From: an uncultured virus (IMG/VR IMGVR_UViG_3300043411_001904)
Taxonomy: Duplodnaviria; Heunggongvirae; Uroviricota; Caudoviricetes
Length of the DNA stretch: 64,000 bases
Reading direction: 5' to 3' (one strand)
Virus record (IMG/VR): IMGVR_UViG_3300043411_001904
Shown: positions 9,267-17,411 of the stretch, one piece after another
Numbering within the stretch: position 1 is the stretch's first letter
Layout of the letters: every line of letters starts with the position of its first letter
Translations under genes and position numbers: made by a program
Notes under the pieces: generated by a model
Database searches by the model: none
What the model was told of the DNA's origin: nothing
What the model saw: only the letters and a program-made list of their open reading frames with translations

Positions 9267-10445
9267 TTAATAACTTACAGGAAATGGAATAACATCATGA
9301 ATTTTCTGACTCTTACAAATATACATTAAAAGCCTTTCAAATCCTAAACCAAAACCTGAATGAACAACTGATCCCCATCTTCTAGTGGACAAATACCAAT
9401 CCATTTTTTGTATATCAATTCCAGAGCTCATAATTTCTGACTTTAGCTTGTCATAATCATCTTCTCTTTGGGAACCACCAACCAATTCTCCAACCTCTGG
9501 AAATATTAAATCGAAACACAAAGCCTTATCACCTTCGGTTTTCATATAAAATGGCTTCAATGACTTTGGATAATGTGTAATGAAAACAGGCAACTTATAC
9601 TTATCTGATATCAATTTTTCAACTTCAGATCCAATATCCTCACCATATTTAACTCCAAATTCTTTGCAAATTTCATCATATGTCCGAACAATCCAATCAG
9701 GATCAACAATTTTTAAATGATCAGATCCAATTCCCAACTGAGAAAATTCATAATCAGATTTAGTAACCACATATCTAATCGTCTTCTTCAAAAAATCCTC
9801 AGTGAATTTAACTGTTTGATCCAAATCGTAAAAAGCCATCTCAGGCTCAATCATCCAAAATTCAGATAAATGTTTCTTAGTTGCTGATTTCTCAGCTCGA
9901 AAACACGGAGAGAATGTATAAATTTTACCCAATGACATCATACCAACTTCACCATGAAGTTGTCCCGACACAGTTAGTTTTTCATCCATCCAATCTGATT
10001 TTACATCAAACGTCTCTCCGGCTCCTTCACAATCAGCATGGGTAATAATCGGGGTATAATATTGATAAAATCCAAAGTCCTCCAAAGTCCTATGGATAGC
10101 TTGTGTCAAATGATGTCTAATCTTCCATGTAGCTTGAAATCCTTTCGTTCTACCCCTTAGTTCAGGAATGGTTCTAAGGTAATCTAATGTGTGATGTTTT
10201 GGTTGAATAGGATAATCATCATCAGAAGAACCAACAATTTCTATTCGAGATGCCAAAAACTCAGGCAGTCCCTTAGGTGTCATTGAATCCATTCCCTGAC
10301 ATATCAGAGACGACCCAACTTTTGGGTCCCCAATGACCACACAATCTCCATCCCTTGCGGTGACTTGGTGATCTCTAGCACCATCTGTAACTGATAGGAA
10401 CATCAATCCCTTTGATTTCCTAACTGATTTTATCCAACCTTTCAT
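9267..10445 (-). CDS. asnS: asparaginyl-tRNA synthetase (Asn-free)
   Basis: OB-fold start (KGWIKSVR), DCEGAGETF, LTVSGQL, FRAEKS..KHLSEFWMIEPE, GELVGGSQRE, GFGLGFERL. Confidence 0.92.
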   Translation of the reverse strand: MKGWIKSVRKSKGLMFLSVTDGARDHQVTARDGDCVVIGDPKVGSSLICQGMDSMTPKGLPEFLASRIEIVGSSDDDYPIQPKHHTLDYLRTIPELRGRTKGFQATWKIRHHLTQAIHRTLEDFGFYQYYTPIITHADCEGAGETFDVKSDWMDEKLTVSGQLHGEVGMMSLGKIYTFSPCFRAEKSATKKHLSEFWMIEPEMAFYDLDQTVKFTEDFLKKTIRYVVTKSDYEFSQLGIGSDHLKIVDPDWIVRTYDEICKEFGVKYGEDIGSEVEKLISDKYKLPVFITHYPKSLKPFYMKTEGDKALCFDLIFPEVGELVGGSQREDDYDKLKSEIMSSGIDIQKMDWYLSTRRWGSVVHSGFGLGFERLLMYICKSQKIHDVIPFPVSY

Positions 10446-10701
10446 CTTCAATTTGTTTTATTTTGTTGCTCCTTCTTAATACTTTAAGGATTGATCTGAA
10501 TTCTTCTTTATGATCTTCTTTCCATAACGTGGTTCCCGATCCACAATTACCATAAAAAACCGTCAATCCTATTCTATCTCCACTATCTACATACTCCCAA
10601 GATATTGGTGTATTAGGAGATAAAATTCCCGGAAATGTCAACCTAATAGCCTCTAAAATAACAGGATCAGAATTAGGAAATTTAACCTCTTTATACTCCA
10701 T
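10420..10701 (-). CDS. hypothetical protein with C-terminal RxxKI motif
   Basis: RRSNKIKQI near C-terminus. Confidence 0.6.
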   Translation of the reverse strand: MEYKEVKFPNSDPVILEAIRLTFPGILSPNTPISWEYVDSGDRIGLTVFYGNCGSGTTLWKEDHKEEFRSILKVLRRSNKIKQIEDERLDKIS

Positions 10702-10703
10702 TT

Positions 10704-10955
10704 CTATTTTGTATTTCTTTTAACCCAATATTTATAAGCTCCTCTACGACGACCTGTTTCTAACAATCCTTCATGGACAAAAGACATCATAATAACATCC
10801 AACTCAGATAGTTTTTTATCACGATCACGCTTCCACTTATTCAACCATCTTCTTCCACCATAAGGCATATCCAAAAATTGCTCTCTCGTCACTTCTCTAC
10901 CATTTGGAATAGAATTAATGACTTTAAGGATCTCTATTTTCAACTCATCACTCAT
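10704..10955 (-). CDS. hypothetical protein
   Basis: 83-aa ORF in tightly packed run. Confidence 0.55.
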   Translation of the reverse strand: MSDELKIEILKVINSIPNGREVTREQFLDMPYGGRRWLNKWKRDRDKKLSELDVIMMSFVHEGLLETGRRRGAYKYWVKRNTK

Positions 10956-11133
10956 TAATCTGATCTATTTTTAATTCTCTATTATATGGAATCAAGCTTT
11001 TTTCAATCTCTTGGAATATTTCTTCAGCCATTTCTTCACACCCATCCATATTCTCAAGATCTAAAGCGCGAATTCCACGTTGATTCTTGTAGATACACAA
11101 TTTTATATTAGTGATGATTCTTTCCTTATCCAT
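10948..11133 (-). CDS. hypothetical protein with C-terminal RxxKI motif
   Basis: NRELKIDQINE; start moved outside tRNA-Arg. Confidence 0.6.
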   Translation of the reverse strand: MDKERIITNIKLCIYKNQRGIRALDLENMDGCEEMAEEIFQEIEKSLIPYNRELKIDQINE

Positions 11134-11136
11134 GTG

Positions 11137-11208
11137 TGACCTCACCGGGAGTCGAACCCAGATCGAAAATTTAGGAAATTTTAATTCTATCCATTGAACT
11201 ATGAGGTC
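11137..11208 (-). tRNA. tRNA-Arg(CCT)
   Basis: cloverleaf GACCTCA..TGAGGTC, anticodon loop TTCCTAA, TTCGACT T-loop. Confidence 0.92.
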
Positions 11209-11378
11209 ATAATTCTATCTATCTTCTGTTCACGAATATAAGACTTTTTATAGACAGGTTGCCAAATTTCCGGATATTTAAGAAATTCTCCCGATGTATA
11301 GGGTTCAAAATCTCCTTTCCTTCTTCCACATCCTGGATATTCTCTAATAAGGACAAATCCTTCGATTTTATCTTTCAT
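11199..11378 (-). CDS. hypothetical protein with C-terminal RxxKI motif
   Basis: IREQKIDRI; stop codon lies inside tRNA-Arg. Confidence 0.6.
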   Translation of the reverse strand: MKDKIEGFVLIREYPGCGRRKGDFEPYTSGEFLKYPEIWQPVYKKSYIREQKIDRIMTS

Positions 11379-11394
11379 ATTGTTAGTATTTTTG

Positions 11395-11480
11395 TACCGG
11401 AGGTTGGAGTCGAACCAACAATAGGAGTAAACCAATCCCCTTATGAGGAGGACACCATTACCACATCGGATCACACCGGC
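11395..11480 (-). tRNA. tRNA with CAT anticodon (Met or Ile2) on a long-variable-arm body
   Basis: TCCTC-CTCATAA-GGGGA; about 15-nt variable region; GTTGG-TTCGACT-CCAAC. Confidence 0.8.
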
Positions 11481-11773
11481 ATTAACTGCAAATTAATCTC
11501 TCTTATTATAATTTTATTATCAATATGTTGATGTTTGTATGATTTAGATATTATTGATCTAAAGGCATTTTCAATTACTGTCTTCTCTTCAGACGAAAAT
11601 TCATTAAAATCTTCACCCAAGCCTGAATTGCCATTATCATCACTGAATATACACTCACCTGTCCACCTTCTATAGATTGAAATATACTTAAAACCGTCTG
11701 TATTGGAATTAAGATCCCAATTTCCATATTGGTTATTTTGAATATCCTTTAGAAATTTTCTAATATTTTTCAT
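11471..11773 (-). CDS. hypothetical protein
   Basis: 100-aa ORF; stop inside the downstream tRNA. Confidence 0.55.
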   Translation of the reverse strand: MKNIRKFLKDIQNNQYGNWDLNSNTDGFKYISIYRRWTGECIFSDDNGNSGLGEDFNEFSSEEKTVIENAFRSIISKSYKHQHIDNKIIIREINLQLMPV

Positions 11774-11984
11774 CGAACACCTTTTCTATTTTTTCTAATC
11801 GTCTCTGTGAGATAAACTTCGTAAAATAAGATACCACTAAAGTAGCAACATATCCTTTAACACTCATATCTAAATTACACTTATCTATATGTAACTTGAC
11901 AAATTCAAAACATTCAGATTTAATTAAATCATCACTAACGTAGTGCCTTTCCGCATATCTATCAATTATATCTTTAATATACAT
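11760..11984 (-). CDS. hypothetical protein with C-terminal RxxKI motif
   Basis: RRLEKIEKVF. Confidence 0.55.
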   Translation of the reverse strand: MYIKDIIDRYAERHYVSDDLIKSECFEFVKLHIDKCNLDMSVKGYVATLVVSYFTKFISQRRLEKIEKVFDEKY

Positions 11985-11988
11985 ATTA

Positions 11989-12531
11989 TTATTTTTTAAG
12001 GTAATAAACAAGAGCACTTTCAGAAAAAAAAGATGGTAAATCTTTATCTGATTTATCAAATTTTATAAAATCAAATTCATTACAAATCCTACTATCTAGT
12101 TCATCTAGTAACTTATTAAATTTTTCTTTTTTTAGAGATAAATTAGACTTAAAATTGGTACTTATACCAATTATAATACTGTATTCAATTTTATGCCTTT
12201 TAAGTTGAATAATCAATGATCGTAAACTGCTTTGATAGTCAATTAATGAGTTCTCATCACTCTGGATACTTGGAGAAGATTGCAAATAATCATTAAGGAT
12301 ATCAAATCTATTAGATGATCCTGTTATAATTTTTTCATCAGTAGAAATAAATATATAATTCGGTTTAGAATCAATAATATATCTAATAATCAACACAAAG
12401 TCATAATCTATACCCTCATCCTCAAGCTCAGAAATAAGAATATCATTGATACTATCAATCGTATCATCAATTATCGGAAGTGTTGATTTAGAAATGTGCT
12501 TTTCAATAAATTTTTCCCATCTATAAATCAT
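11989..12531 (-). CDS. hypothetical late protein (MIYRWEKFIE tag)
   Basis: GATATATA upstream; variant of the N-terminal motif. Confidence 0.6.
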   Translation of the reverse strand: MIYRWEKFIEKHISKSTLPIIDDTIDSINDILISELEDEGIDYDFVLIIRYIIDSKPNYIFISTDEKIITGSSNRFDILNDYLQSSPSIQSDENSLIDYQSSLRSLIIQLKRHKIEYSIIIGISTNFKSNLSLKKEKFNKLLDELDSRICNEFDFIKFDKSDKDLPSFFSESALVYYLKK

Positions 12532-12564
12532 ATCTTATATATCATAAATCAATTTTATTTTTAG

Positions 12565-12637
12565 AGCTAGAACCCAGAATTTAACTGGGATTACGTCATT
12601 ACCAATGACGTGTAATCAACCTTTATACGATTCCAGC
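12565..12637 (-). tRNA. tRNA-Thr(GGT)
   Basis: GCTGGAA..TTCTAGC; CGTCA-TTGGTAA-TGACG. Confidence 0.85.
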
Positions 12638-12910
12638 AATGTCATCTATCTTACTATCCCTGATCTTTTCTATATCATATTTAAATGTATGGAATTGATC
12701 CGAAAATTCTTCTCCATTTTCCATTTTGACTGTTAAAATATCTGAAGTTTGAGACCACATTGACCTAGACATTACCCAAGGACCTTGTGATATACGAATA
12801 ACTTGACCCCTTCTAACTTTTAACCTAAAAGGTATTCCCACCAAAGACCCATCATATTCAGTTCCATTATTCAAAACAAAATCACCTATTCTAAATTTAT
12901 TCTTGTTCAT
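12623..12910 (-). CDS. hypothetical protein with C-terminal RxxKI motif
   Basis: KFRIGD start; IRDSKIDDI end. Confidence 0.6.
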   Translation of the reverse strand: MNKNKFRIGDFVLNNGTEYDGSLVGIPFRLKVRRGQVIRISQGPWVMSRSMWSQTSDILTVKMENGEEFSDQFHTFKYDIEKIRDSKIDDIAGIV

Positions 12911-13002
12911 AACAATTTATCTATTCTACTTTCTCGAAATTTCTGAATATCAAACTCAAACACATAGAAAAAATCCGACAACTTTGAACTTGTTTTCTTC
13001 AT
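12907..13002 (-). CDS. 31-aa micro-ORF ending in RESRIDKLL
   Basis: read by hand: MKKTSSKLSDFFYVFEFDIQKFRESRIDKLL; ATGA overlap with next gene. Confidence 0.45.
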   Translation of the reverse strand: MKKTSSKLSDFFYVFEFDIQKFRESRIDKLL

Positions 13003-13007
13003 TCATG

Positions 13008-13088
13008 TACCTTGGGTGGGAATCGAACCCACACTCCTTTCAGAACGCGATTTTGAGTCGCGGGTGTCTACCGTTCCACCACCAAGGC
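13008..13088 (-). tRNA. tRNA-Leu(CAA)
   Basis: class II cloverleaf; CGCGA-CTCAAAA-TCGCG. Confidence 0.93.
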
Positions 13089-13090
13089 AT

Positions 13091-13435
13091 TTATTCAATA
13101 ATACTATTTATCTTTTTATTTCTTTTAAGTTTATCTAATTCTTCTTTCATTTCTACAGAAGATAAAATCTTCTTAGATGGTAATTGATTATAGGTCAAAA
13201 TATTATCAATTCCTATCCACCATCCGAAAAATATTAATTTGTGAAGAGAACAGTCTAGATATTTATCTCTATCCAAATTAATCACTCCCCGTTTAATTAT
13301 CTTAATCCATATAACTGATGACAGGATGGATAAAAGAGATAATCCAACTAAAATAATTAGAAAATTAACTTGTGATAGGTATATGATAACCCAAAATACA
13401 AAAAGTCCTATAATATCAATTGGATTGATTCTCAT
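13091..13435 (-). CDS. membrane protein with C-terminal RxxKI motif
   Basis: two hydrophobic segments; KRNKKINSII. Confidence 0.6.
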   Translation of the reverse strand: MRINPIDIIGLFVFWVIIYLSQVNFLIILVGLSLLSILSSVIWIKIIKRGVINLDRDKYLDCSLHKLIFFGWWIGIDNILTYNQLPSKKILSSVEMKEELDKLKRNKKINSIIE

Positions 13436-13438
13436 TTG

Positions 13439-13509
13439 AGGTCAGGGTGAGATTTGAACTCACGTACGGGGTTTTGCAGACCCCTGCCTCGCCTCTCGGC
13501 CACCTGACC
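13439..13509 (-). tRNA. tRNA-Cys(GCA)
   Basis: GGGGT-CTGCAAA-ACCCC; U73. Confidence 0.93.
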
Positions 13510-13511
13510 AA

Positions 13512-14231
13512 TTAAGTCTCTAATATAGTAAATTTATTATTCCACCAACAGGGAATATAATTATTAATTTTACAATGTTCAATAAGTGATTTTTTCTTCT
13601 CATCAACAGTTAAAAAATATAATGGTCTTGAGTATTTATTAGTAGGATTTTTACTTATAACAGATTTACACTCACACAAATAAATTTTTCCATTACTATC
13701 TTTTATTATAAAGTCGGGAGTATATCTCCTGATTTTACCATCATATAAGTATTCTATGTGGTCATAAAATCTATCCAACTCGATAACACTGTAATTTTTA
13801 CAAAAGAATGTAAGGAAATTAAATTCCAATTTTGAATCACATCTTACGGATTTTCCATCAAATATAAATTCACATCTAATCGAATTAAACGAGAATTTAC
13901 CCTCAGATCTAGCTTTGGTAGATTTTATTGAAGCATTGGTTCTATAAGACTCATTTTCCCAAGTTCTTTTTATTGAACAACTATGGGAACACGTCTTTTG
14001 ATTTCTTTTACTAAAAGTAACAATGAAATCTCTACTACAATAAAGACAAATTTTGTTAATTTTTGGATTTCCAGAATTCTTTTTTAGAAGAGTTTTACTA
14101 ACCTTAGTATTTATCTCCAATCTCTTATTTCTTGTTGAAAACGATCTAGAACAAACACGAGAGCAAAACTCTCCACTTGAATATTGACTATATTTCATTC
14201 CATCTTTTTCTCCACAATTTTTACAAATCAT
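13512..14231 (-). CDS. Zn-finger plus TnsA-like PD-(D/E)XK endonuclease (putative homing endonuclease)
   Basis: CxxC..CSxxC repeats; DSKLE..YTPDF..ECK. Confidence 0.75.
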   Translation of the reverse strand: MICKNCGEKDGMKYSQYSSGEFCSRVCSRSFSTRNKRLEINTKVSKTLLKKNSGNPKINKICLYCSRDFIVTFSKRNQKTCSHSCSIKRTWENESYRTNASIKSTKARSEGKFSFNSIRCEFIFDGKSVRCDSKLEFNFLTFFCKNYSVIELDRFYDHIEYLYDGKIRRYTPDFIIKDSNGKIYLCECKSVISKNPTNKYSRPLYFLTVDEKKKSLIEHCKINNYIPCWWNNKFTILET

Positions 14232-14274
14232 AAGATATATATCAAATTCGAACCTCTACCTTATCGTATTTTAG

Positions 14275-14345
14275 TACCCCAAGGTGAAATCGAATCACCA
14301 CCTTCACTACGTCAAAGTGATACGCTACCACTACGCCATTGGGAT
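14275..14345 (-). tRNA. tRNA-Val(GAC)
   Basis: TCACT-TTGACGT-AGTGA. Confidence 0.88.
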
Positions 14346-14346
14346 G

Positions 14347-14445
14347 TGGTGAACTAGATTGGAATTGAACCAACTTTTGCGACCGTAATGGTCGCCGTAG
14401 ACCGACTATCCACTTCATGTGGCGGACCATTACTACCTCTAGCTC
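14347..14445 (-). ncRNA. tRNA-like RNA with hairpin inserted in the D-loop, non-canonical anticodon loop and encoded CCA
   Basis: GAGCTAG/CTAGTTC-ACCA acceptor; GTAG/CTAC D-stem enclosing CCAC-ATGAA-GTGG; GCGACC-ATTAC-GGTCGC. Confidence 0.7.
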
Positions 14446-14448
14446 TAG

Positions 14449-14531
14449 AAGCGGGAATCAGATTCGAACTGATGTTCTCTTTCGAGTTAGGGCTTATGAG
14501 GCCCCTGGTACCATCTCCAGTCGATCCCGCG
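14449..14531 (-). tRNA. initiator-like tRNA-Met(CAT) with extra variable hairpin
   Basis: C1:U72 mismatch; GGGC-CTCATAA-GCCC; CTC-GAAA-GAG extra arm. Confidence 0.75.
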
Positions 14532-14563
14532 ATTTAATTATACAAGTATAGTAAAATTTGTTG

Positions 14564-14634
14564 TACCCCGAGATGAATTCGAATCATCACCTCCGCCATG
14601 TAAAAACGGAACGCTACCATTACGCCATCGGGGC
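14564..14634 (-). tRNA. tRNA-Val(TAC)
   Basis: CCGTT-TTTACAT-GGCGG. Confidence 0.88.
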
Positions 14635-14639
14635 ATTAG

Positions 14640-14725
14640 TGATTCTGGTAGGAATCGAACCTACGTTAACCTATTCGGCCTTCCGGTTGTAAGCCGGACG
14701 TTCTTAACCACTGAACTACAGAATC
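14640..14725 (-). tRNA. tRNA-Val(TAC) with long variable arm
   Basis: TCCGG-CTTACAA-CCGGA; GGCC-GAATA-GGTT extra arm. Confidence 0.8.
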
Positions 14726-14730
14726 ATAAA

Positions 14731-14808
14731 GGAAAGAAAATTTAACAGAGTTGTTTTTTCGATTACAAATTAGAAGTTTGTTGAAGTATCTCTATTAGTC
14801 ACTATTCC
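14731..14808 (-). ncRNA. hairpin ncRNA between tRNAs (possible Y-RNA-like)
   Basis: GGAA/TTCC and TAATAGAG/CTCTGTTA stems; no ORF. Confidence 0.4.
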
Positions 14809-14813
14809 TCTTG

Positions 14814-14888
14814 TTGGATCAAATGGATTCGAACCATTGGCCTTCCCAATCTTGTTAGGGACGTTCTTCCTGACTGAACTACAATCCA
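14814..14888 (-). tRNA. tRNA-like gene, undetermined anticodon
   Basis: intact acceptor, D and T arms; enlarged loop TAACAAGATT. Confidence 0.7.
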
Positions 14889-14894
14889 ATTTTG

Positions 14895-14971
14895 TTGCGA
14901 CGAATGGATTTGAACCACTGACCTTTCCCCTAATAAGGTGGGAATGCTCTCCCTGACTGAGCTACATCGCA
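14895..14971 (-). tRNA. tRNA-like gene, undetermined anticodon (10-nt loop)
   Basis: TTCCC-ACCTTATTAG-GGGAA with intact other arms. Confidence 0.7.
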
Positions 14972-14974
14972 GTA

Positions 14975-15361
14975 TTAATTTATTTGATTATCTGATCTAA
15001 AATGTCTTCGTGGGTCTATATCAAAATCATCCGGATCTTCAATTTTTTCAACATTTTTAGATTTCTTCTTAGCTAAAGAAATCACTTTCTTTATAAGCCT
15101 TTTACTAACTTCCAATTCCTTATCTTCTAGGTACATTGAATAAGAATTAGAAAAAAATGGATCAAAAAAAGATATTAAAACAACTAAAAACTCATAATTA
15201 CCTATCCCGAATTTCCAACTTTCTGATTTAGTCATACTAGGCATATAACTAGAATAACTATAATTTTTCAAATTATTCTTTGGATCTTTAAGTTGTTGTA
15301 TCAACTCTTCAACAATGTCATCATCTTTTTTCTTGGAAAAGAAACTTTCTAAATATTTCAT
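14975..15361 (-). CDS. hypothetical late protein (MKYLESF tag)
   Basis: TAATATATA just upstream. Confidence 0.65.
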   Translation of the reverse strand: MKYLESFFSKKKDDDIVEELIQQLKDPKNNLKNYSYSSYMPSMTKSESWKFGIGNYEFLVVLISFFDPFFSNSYSMYLEDKELEVSKRLIKKVISLAKKKSKNVEKIEDPDDFDIDPRRHFRSDNQIN

Positions 15362-15431
15362 TATCCTATATATTATTTCTGAAACTTATTCACCTAGTAG
15401 TTTGAATTTCTTCAGGGACCACTAGGAATTG

Positions 15432-15503
15432 AGGATTCACTCGAACTCGAATCGAGGACACATGGGTACGAATCACGTATTTTTCCGACTAAACTATGAA
15501 TCC
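15432..15503 (-). tRNA. tRNA-Thr(CGT)
   Basis: GGATTCA..TGAATCC; loop TTCGTAC. Confidence 0.82.
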
Positions 15504-15504
15504 A

Positions 15505-16161
15505 TTAATAACTTTTATCTTCATTATACCTAACCATTCTAGAATGTCTCCCTTTACCCCTGTTCAAAGATTTGTAAGTTGGAGTCAATGAATGACAATT
15601 TGGACACAATAATTTCAAATTAGATAAATCATTATTTTCTGAATTTCCATCAATATGTTCTATTTCGATTGGAACCTTTCCTGTTGTCAGATTAATTTGA
15701 CACCATCCACAATCCATACATTTATTACCATGTGTTTTAATCAGATATTTTTTAATCGACCTACTAGAACCATTTCCACTTACAATTATTAAATTTCTTA
15801 ATTCTTCTTTATGTAAATCATTGCAATTCTTTGAACAATATTTAACATTCCCCTTACCAATTATCTCAGAGTCACAAACTACACATTTCAATCTCCACTT
15901 CACTCGGGTCCTATTAACATTAATAGCTGAACATCTTCTGCTACAAAACTTTCTACCATCTGAAACAATACATTTAAATTCCTTATTACAATTTTCACAT
16001 TTAACTGTTTCTCTTTTAGAGTCATAGAATTTTGATGAAATAGATAACTTTGATTTAATTCTAACTATTGTAGATCTAGAAACTCCCAATTCCTTAGAAA
16101 TTCTAAAATTTGACATCCCCTGATCAACTAACTCAAATACATCAGCCCATAATTTTTCCAT
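15505..16161 (-). CDS. HNH homing endonuclease with HTH and Zn fingers
   Basis: ISKELGVSRSTI HTH; EHIDGNSENN..NLKLLCPNCH. Confidence 0.9.
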   Translation of the reverse strand: MEKLWADVFELVDQGMSNFRISKELGVSRSTIVRIKSKLSISSKFYDSKRETVKCENCNKEFKCIVSDGRKFCSRRCSAINVNRTRVKWRLKCVVCDSEIIGKGNVKYCSKNCNDLHKEELRNLIIVSGNGSSRSIKKYLIKTHGNKCMDCGWCQINLTTGKVPIEIEHIDGNSENNDLSNLKLLCPNCHSLTPTYKSLNRGKGRHSRMVRYNEDKSY

Positions 16162-16206
16162 ACCCTATATATTCAGAAGTGTGAGCTTCCCTTGGAAAGG
16201 GAGTAG

Positions 16207-16294
16207 AGCCGGGAGTGGGATTCAAACCCACGATGGTCGCTTTCGCTATACTAACTTACAAGGTTAGGGCCTTCGTTCTCTTGGCTATCCCGGC
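16207..16294 (-). tRNA. tRNA-Thr(TGT) with long variable arm
   Basis: CTAAC-CTTGTAA-GTTAG; GC-GAAA-GC extra arm. Confidence 0.8.
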
Positions 16295-16309
16295 AATTAT
16301 TTAATAATG

Positions 16310-16657
16310 CTATTTACCTTTCTCTCTATTAAGTCTAACTTCATTCTCTGGAAAAAGAATAACACAGTTAAGAGGATTTTTATAATCTATAGTTTGCCAA
16401 GTTCCATTTTTCCTGACATGGGGAATACCACATTCCTTTAAAACATTAGATATCTTAATATACTCATTACTTAGTATATCAACTACATTAGTGTCTTTAT
16501 TATAATCATATTCTATACCTTCCTCGTCAAGAAATTGTATTAGCTTATCAACATCACCATTTGAAGAATCATAATATCCCGTATAGGGATTAGGTTCTGT
16601 CATAAGTATAGGAGCATTTTCATTAACAACAAAAGAATCAAATTTTTTAATATTCAT
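16310..16657 (-). CDS. hypothetical protein (MNIKKFDSF tag)
   Basis: recurrent N-terminal motif. Confidence 0.65.
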   Translation of the reverse strand: MNIKKFDSFVVNENAPILMTEPNPYTGYYDSSNGDVDKLIQFLDEEGIEYDYNKDTNVVDILSNEYIKISNVLKECGIPHVRKNGTWQTIDYKNPLNCVILFPENEVRLNREKGK

Positions 16658-16672
16658 ATTTTCTATATTTAT

Positions 16673-16897
16673 TTATCCTATTCCATTACTATTTTCTAAT
16701 TCTTCAAGAGAATCATATCGACCAATAACATCCAAGTCCGGATCTAGAAAATAGAATTTTTCATCATCCACTCCATATCCAATGTATTCAACATACCCAT
16801 CCCTTTCAGGATCAAAGATATCGATAATCATAATGGTTTCATCTTTAACAAAATCTCCAACAGTTATCTTCTCTAAGAATTTTTTCAGGTGCTTCAT
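16673..16897 (-). CDS. hypothetical protein (MKHLKKFLE tag)
   Basis: recurrent N-terminal motif. Confidence 0.65.
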   Translation of the reverse strand: MKHLKKFLEKITVGDFVKDETIMIIDIFDPERDGYVEYIGYGVDDEKFYFLDPDLDVIGRYDSLEELENSNGIG

Positions 16898-16901
16898 TGG
16901 T

Positions 16902-17123
16902 TTAATTATTTTGAGTAAGTCTACCGGATTCTATCAATTTCAGAACCTTTCTTTTAGTGAATCGATAAGCAGTAGCTCCTTCCATAAATCTTTCTTGAAA
17001 TTGCATTGATTTCGCTTCCTTAGCAGAATCATCCATTATTTTGATCATTGAATCAAGCCAATCAACGATATTTTGATTATCTAATAGATATAGATATTTC
17101 TTATCTGATAATTCATTTTTCAT
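16902..17123 (-). CDS. hypothetical protein
   Basis: TAATATATA upstream. Confidence 0.55.
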   Translation of the reverse strand: MKNELSDKKYLYLLDNQNIVDWLDSMIKIMDDSAKEAKSMQFQERFMEGATAYRFTKRKVLKLIESGRLTQNN

Positions 17124-17138
17124 ATTCTATATATTAAG

Positions 17139-17210
17139 AGGTCAATGTTGGAATCGAACCAACCTTCAAGAGTTTGCAATTCTTGACCTAAGCCACTCGG
17201 ACACTTGACC
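17139..17210 (-). tRNA. tRNA-Cys(GCA)
   Basis: loop TTGCAAA; U73. Confidence 0.85.
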
Positions 17211-17212
17211 AT

Positions 17213-17407
17213 TTAAATACCCTTAGACAATTTTAGTCTATTTCTAAGTTCTTCTTCTTCAAAATCCCCACCAAAATCAGAAATATGATTATATCTCTTT
17301 AATCTATCAATAATTTGATCAATTGATAGATTATCATATCTCTCATCAGCCTTAACAAGACGTTCAAGAATATCAACTCTCCAATCTATCCAATTTGGTC
17401 TTTTCAT
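17213..17407 (-). CDS. hypothetical protein
   Basis: 64-aa ORF in packed run. Confidence 0.5.
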   Translation of the reverse strand: MKRPNWIDWRVDILERLVKADERYDNLSIDQIIDRLKRYNHISDFGGDFEEEELRNRLKLSKGI

Positions 17408-17411
17408 GATT

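Noticed and set aside
14347..14445. Ochre suppressor tRNA (nominal TTA anticodon)
   Set aside because: The loop lacks U33 and can close to 5 nt; TAA is the main stop codon here
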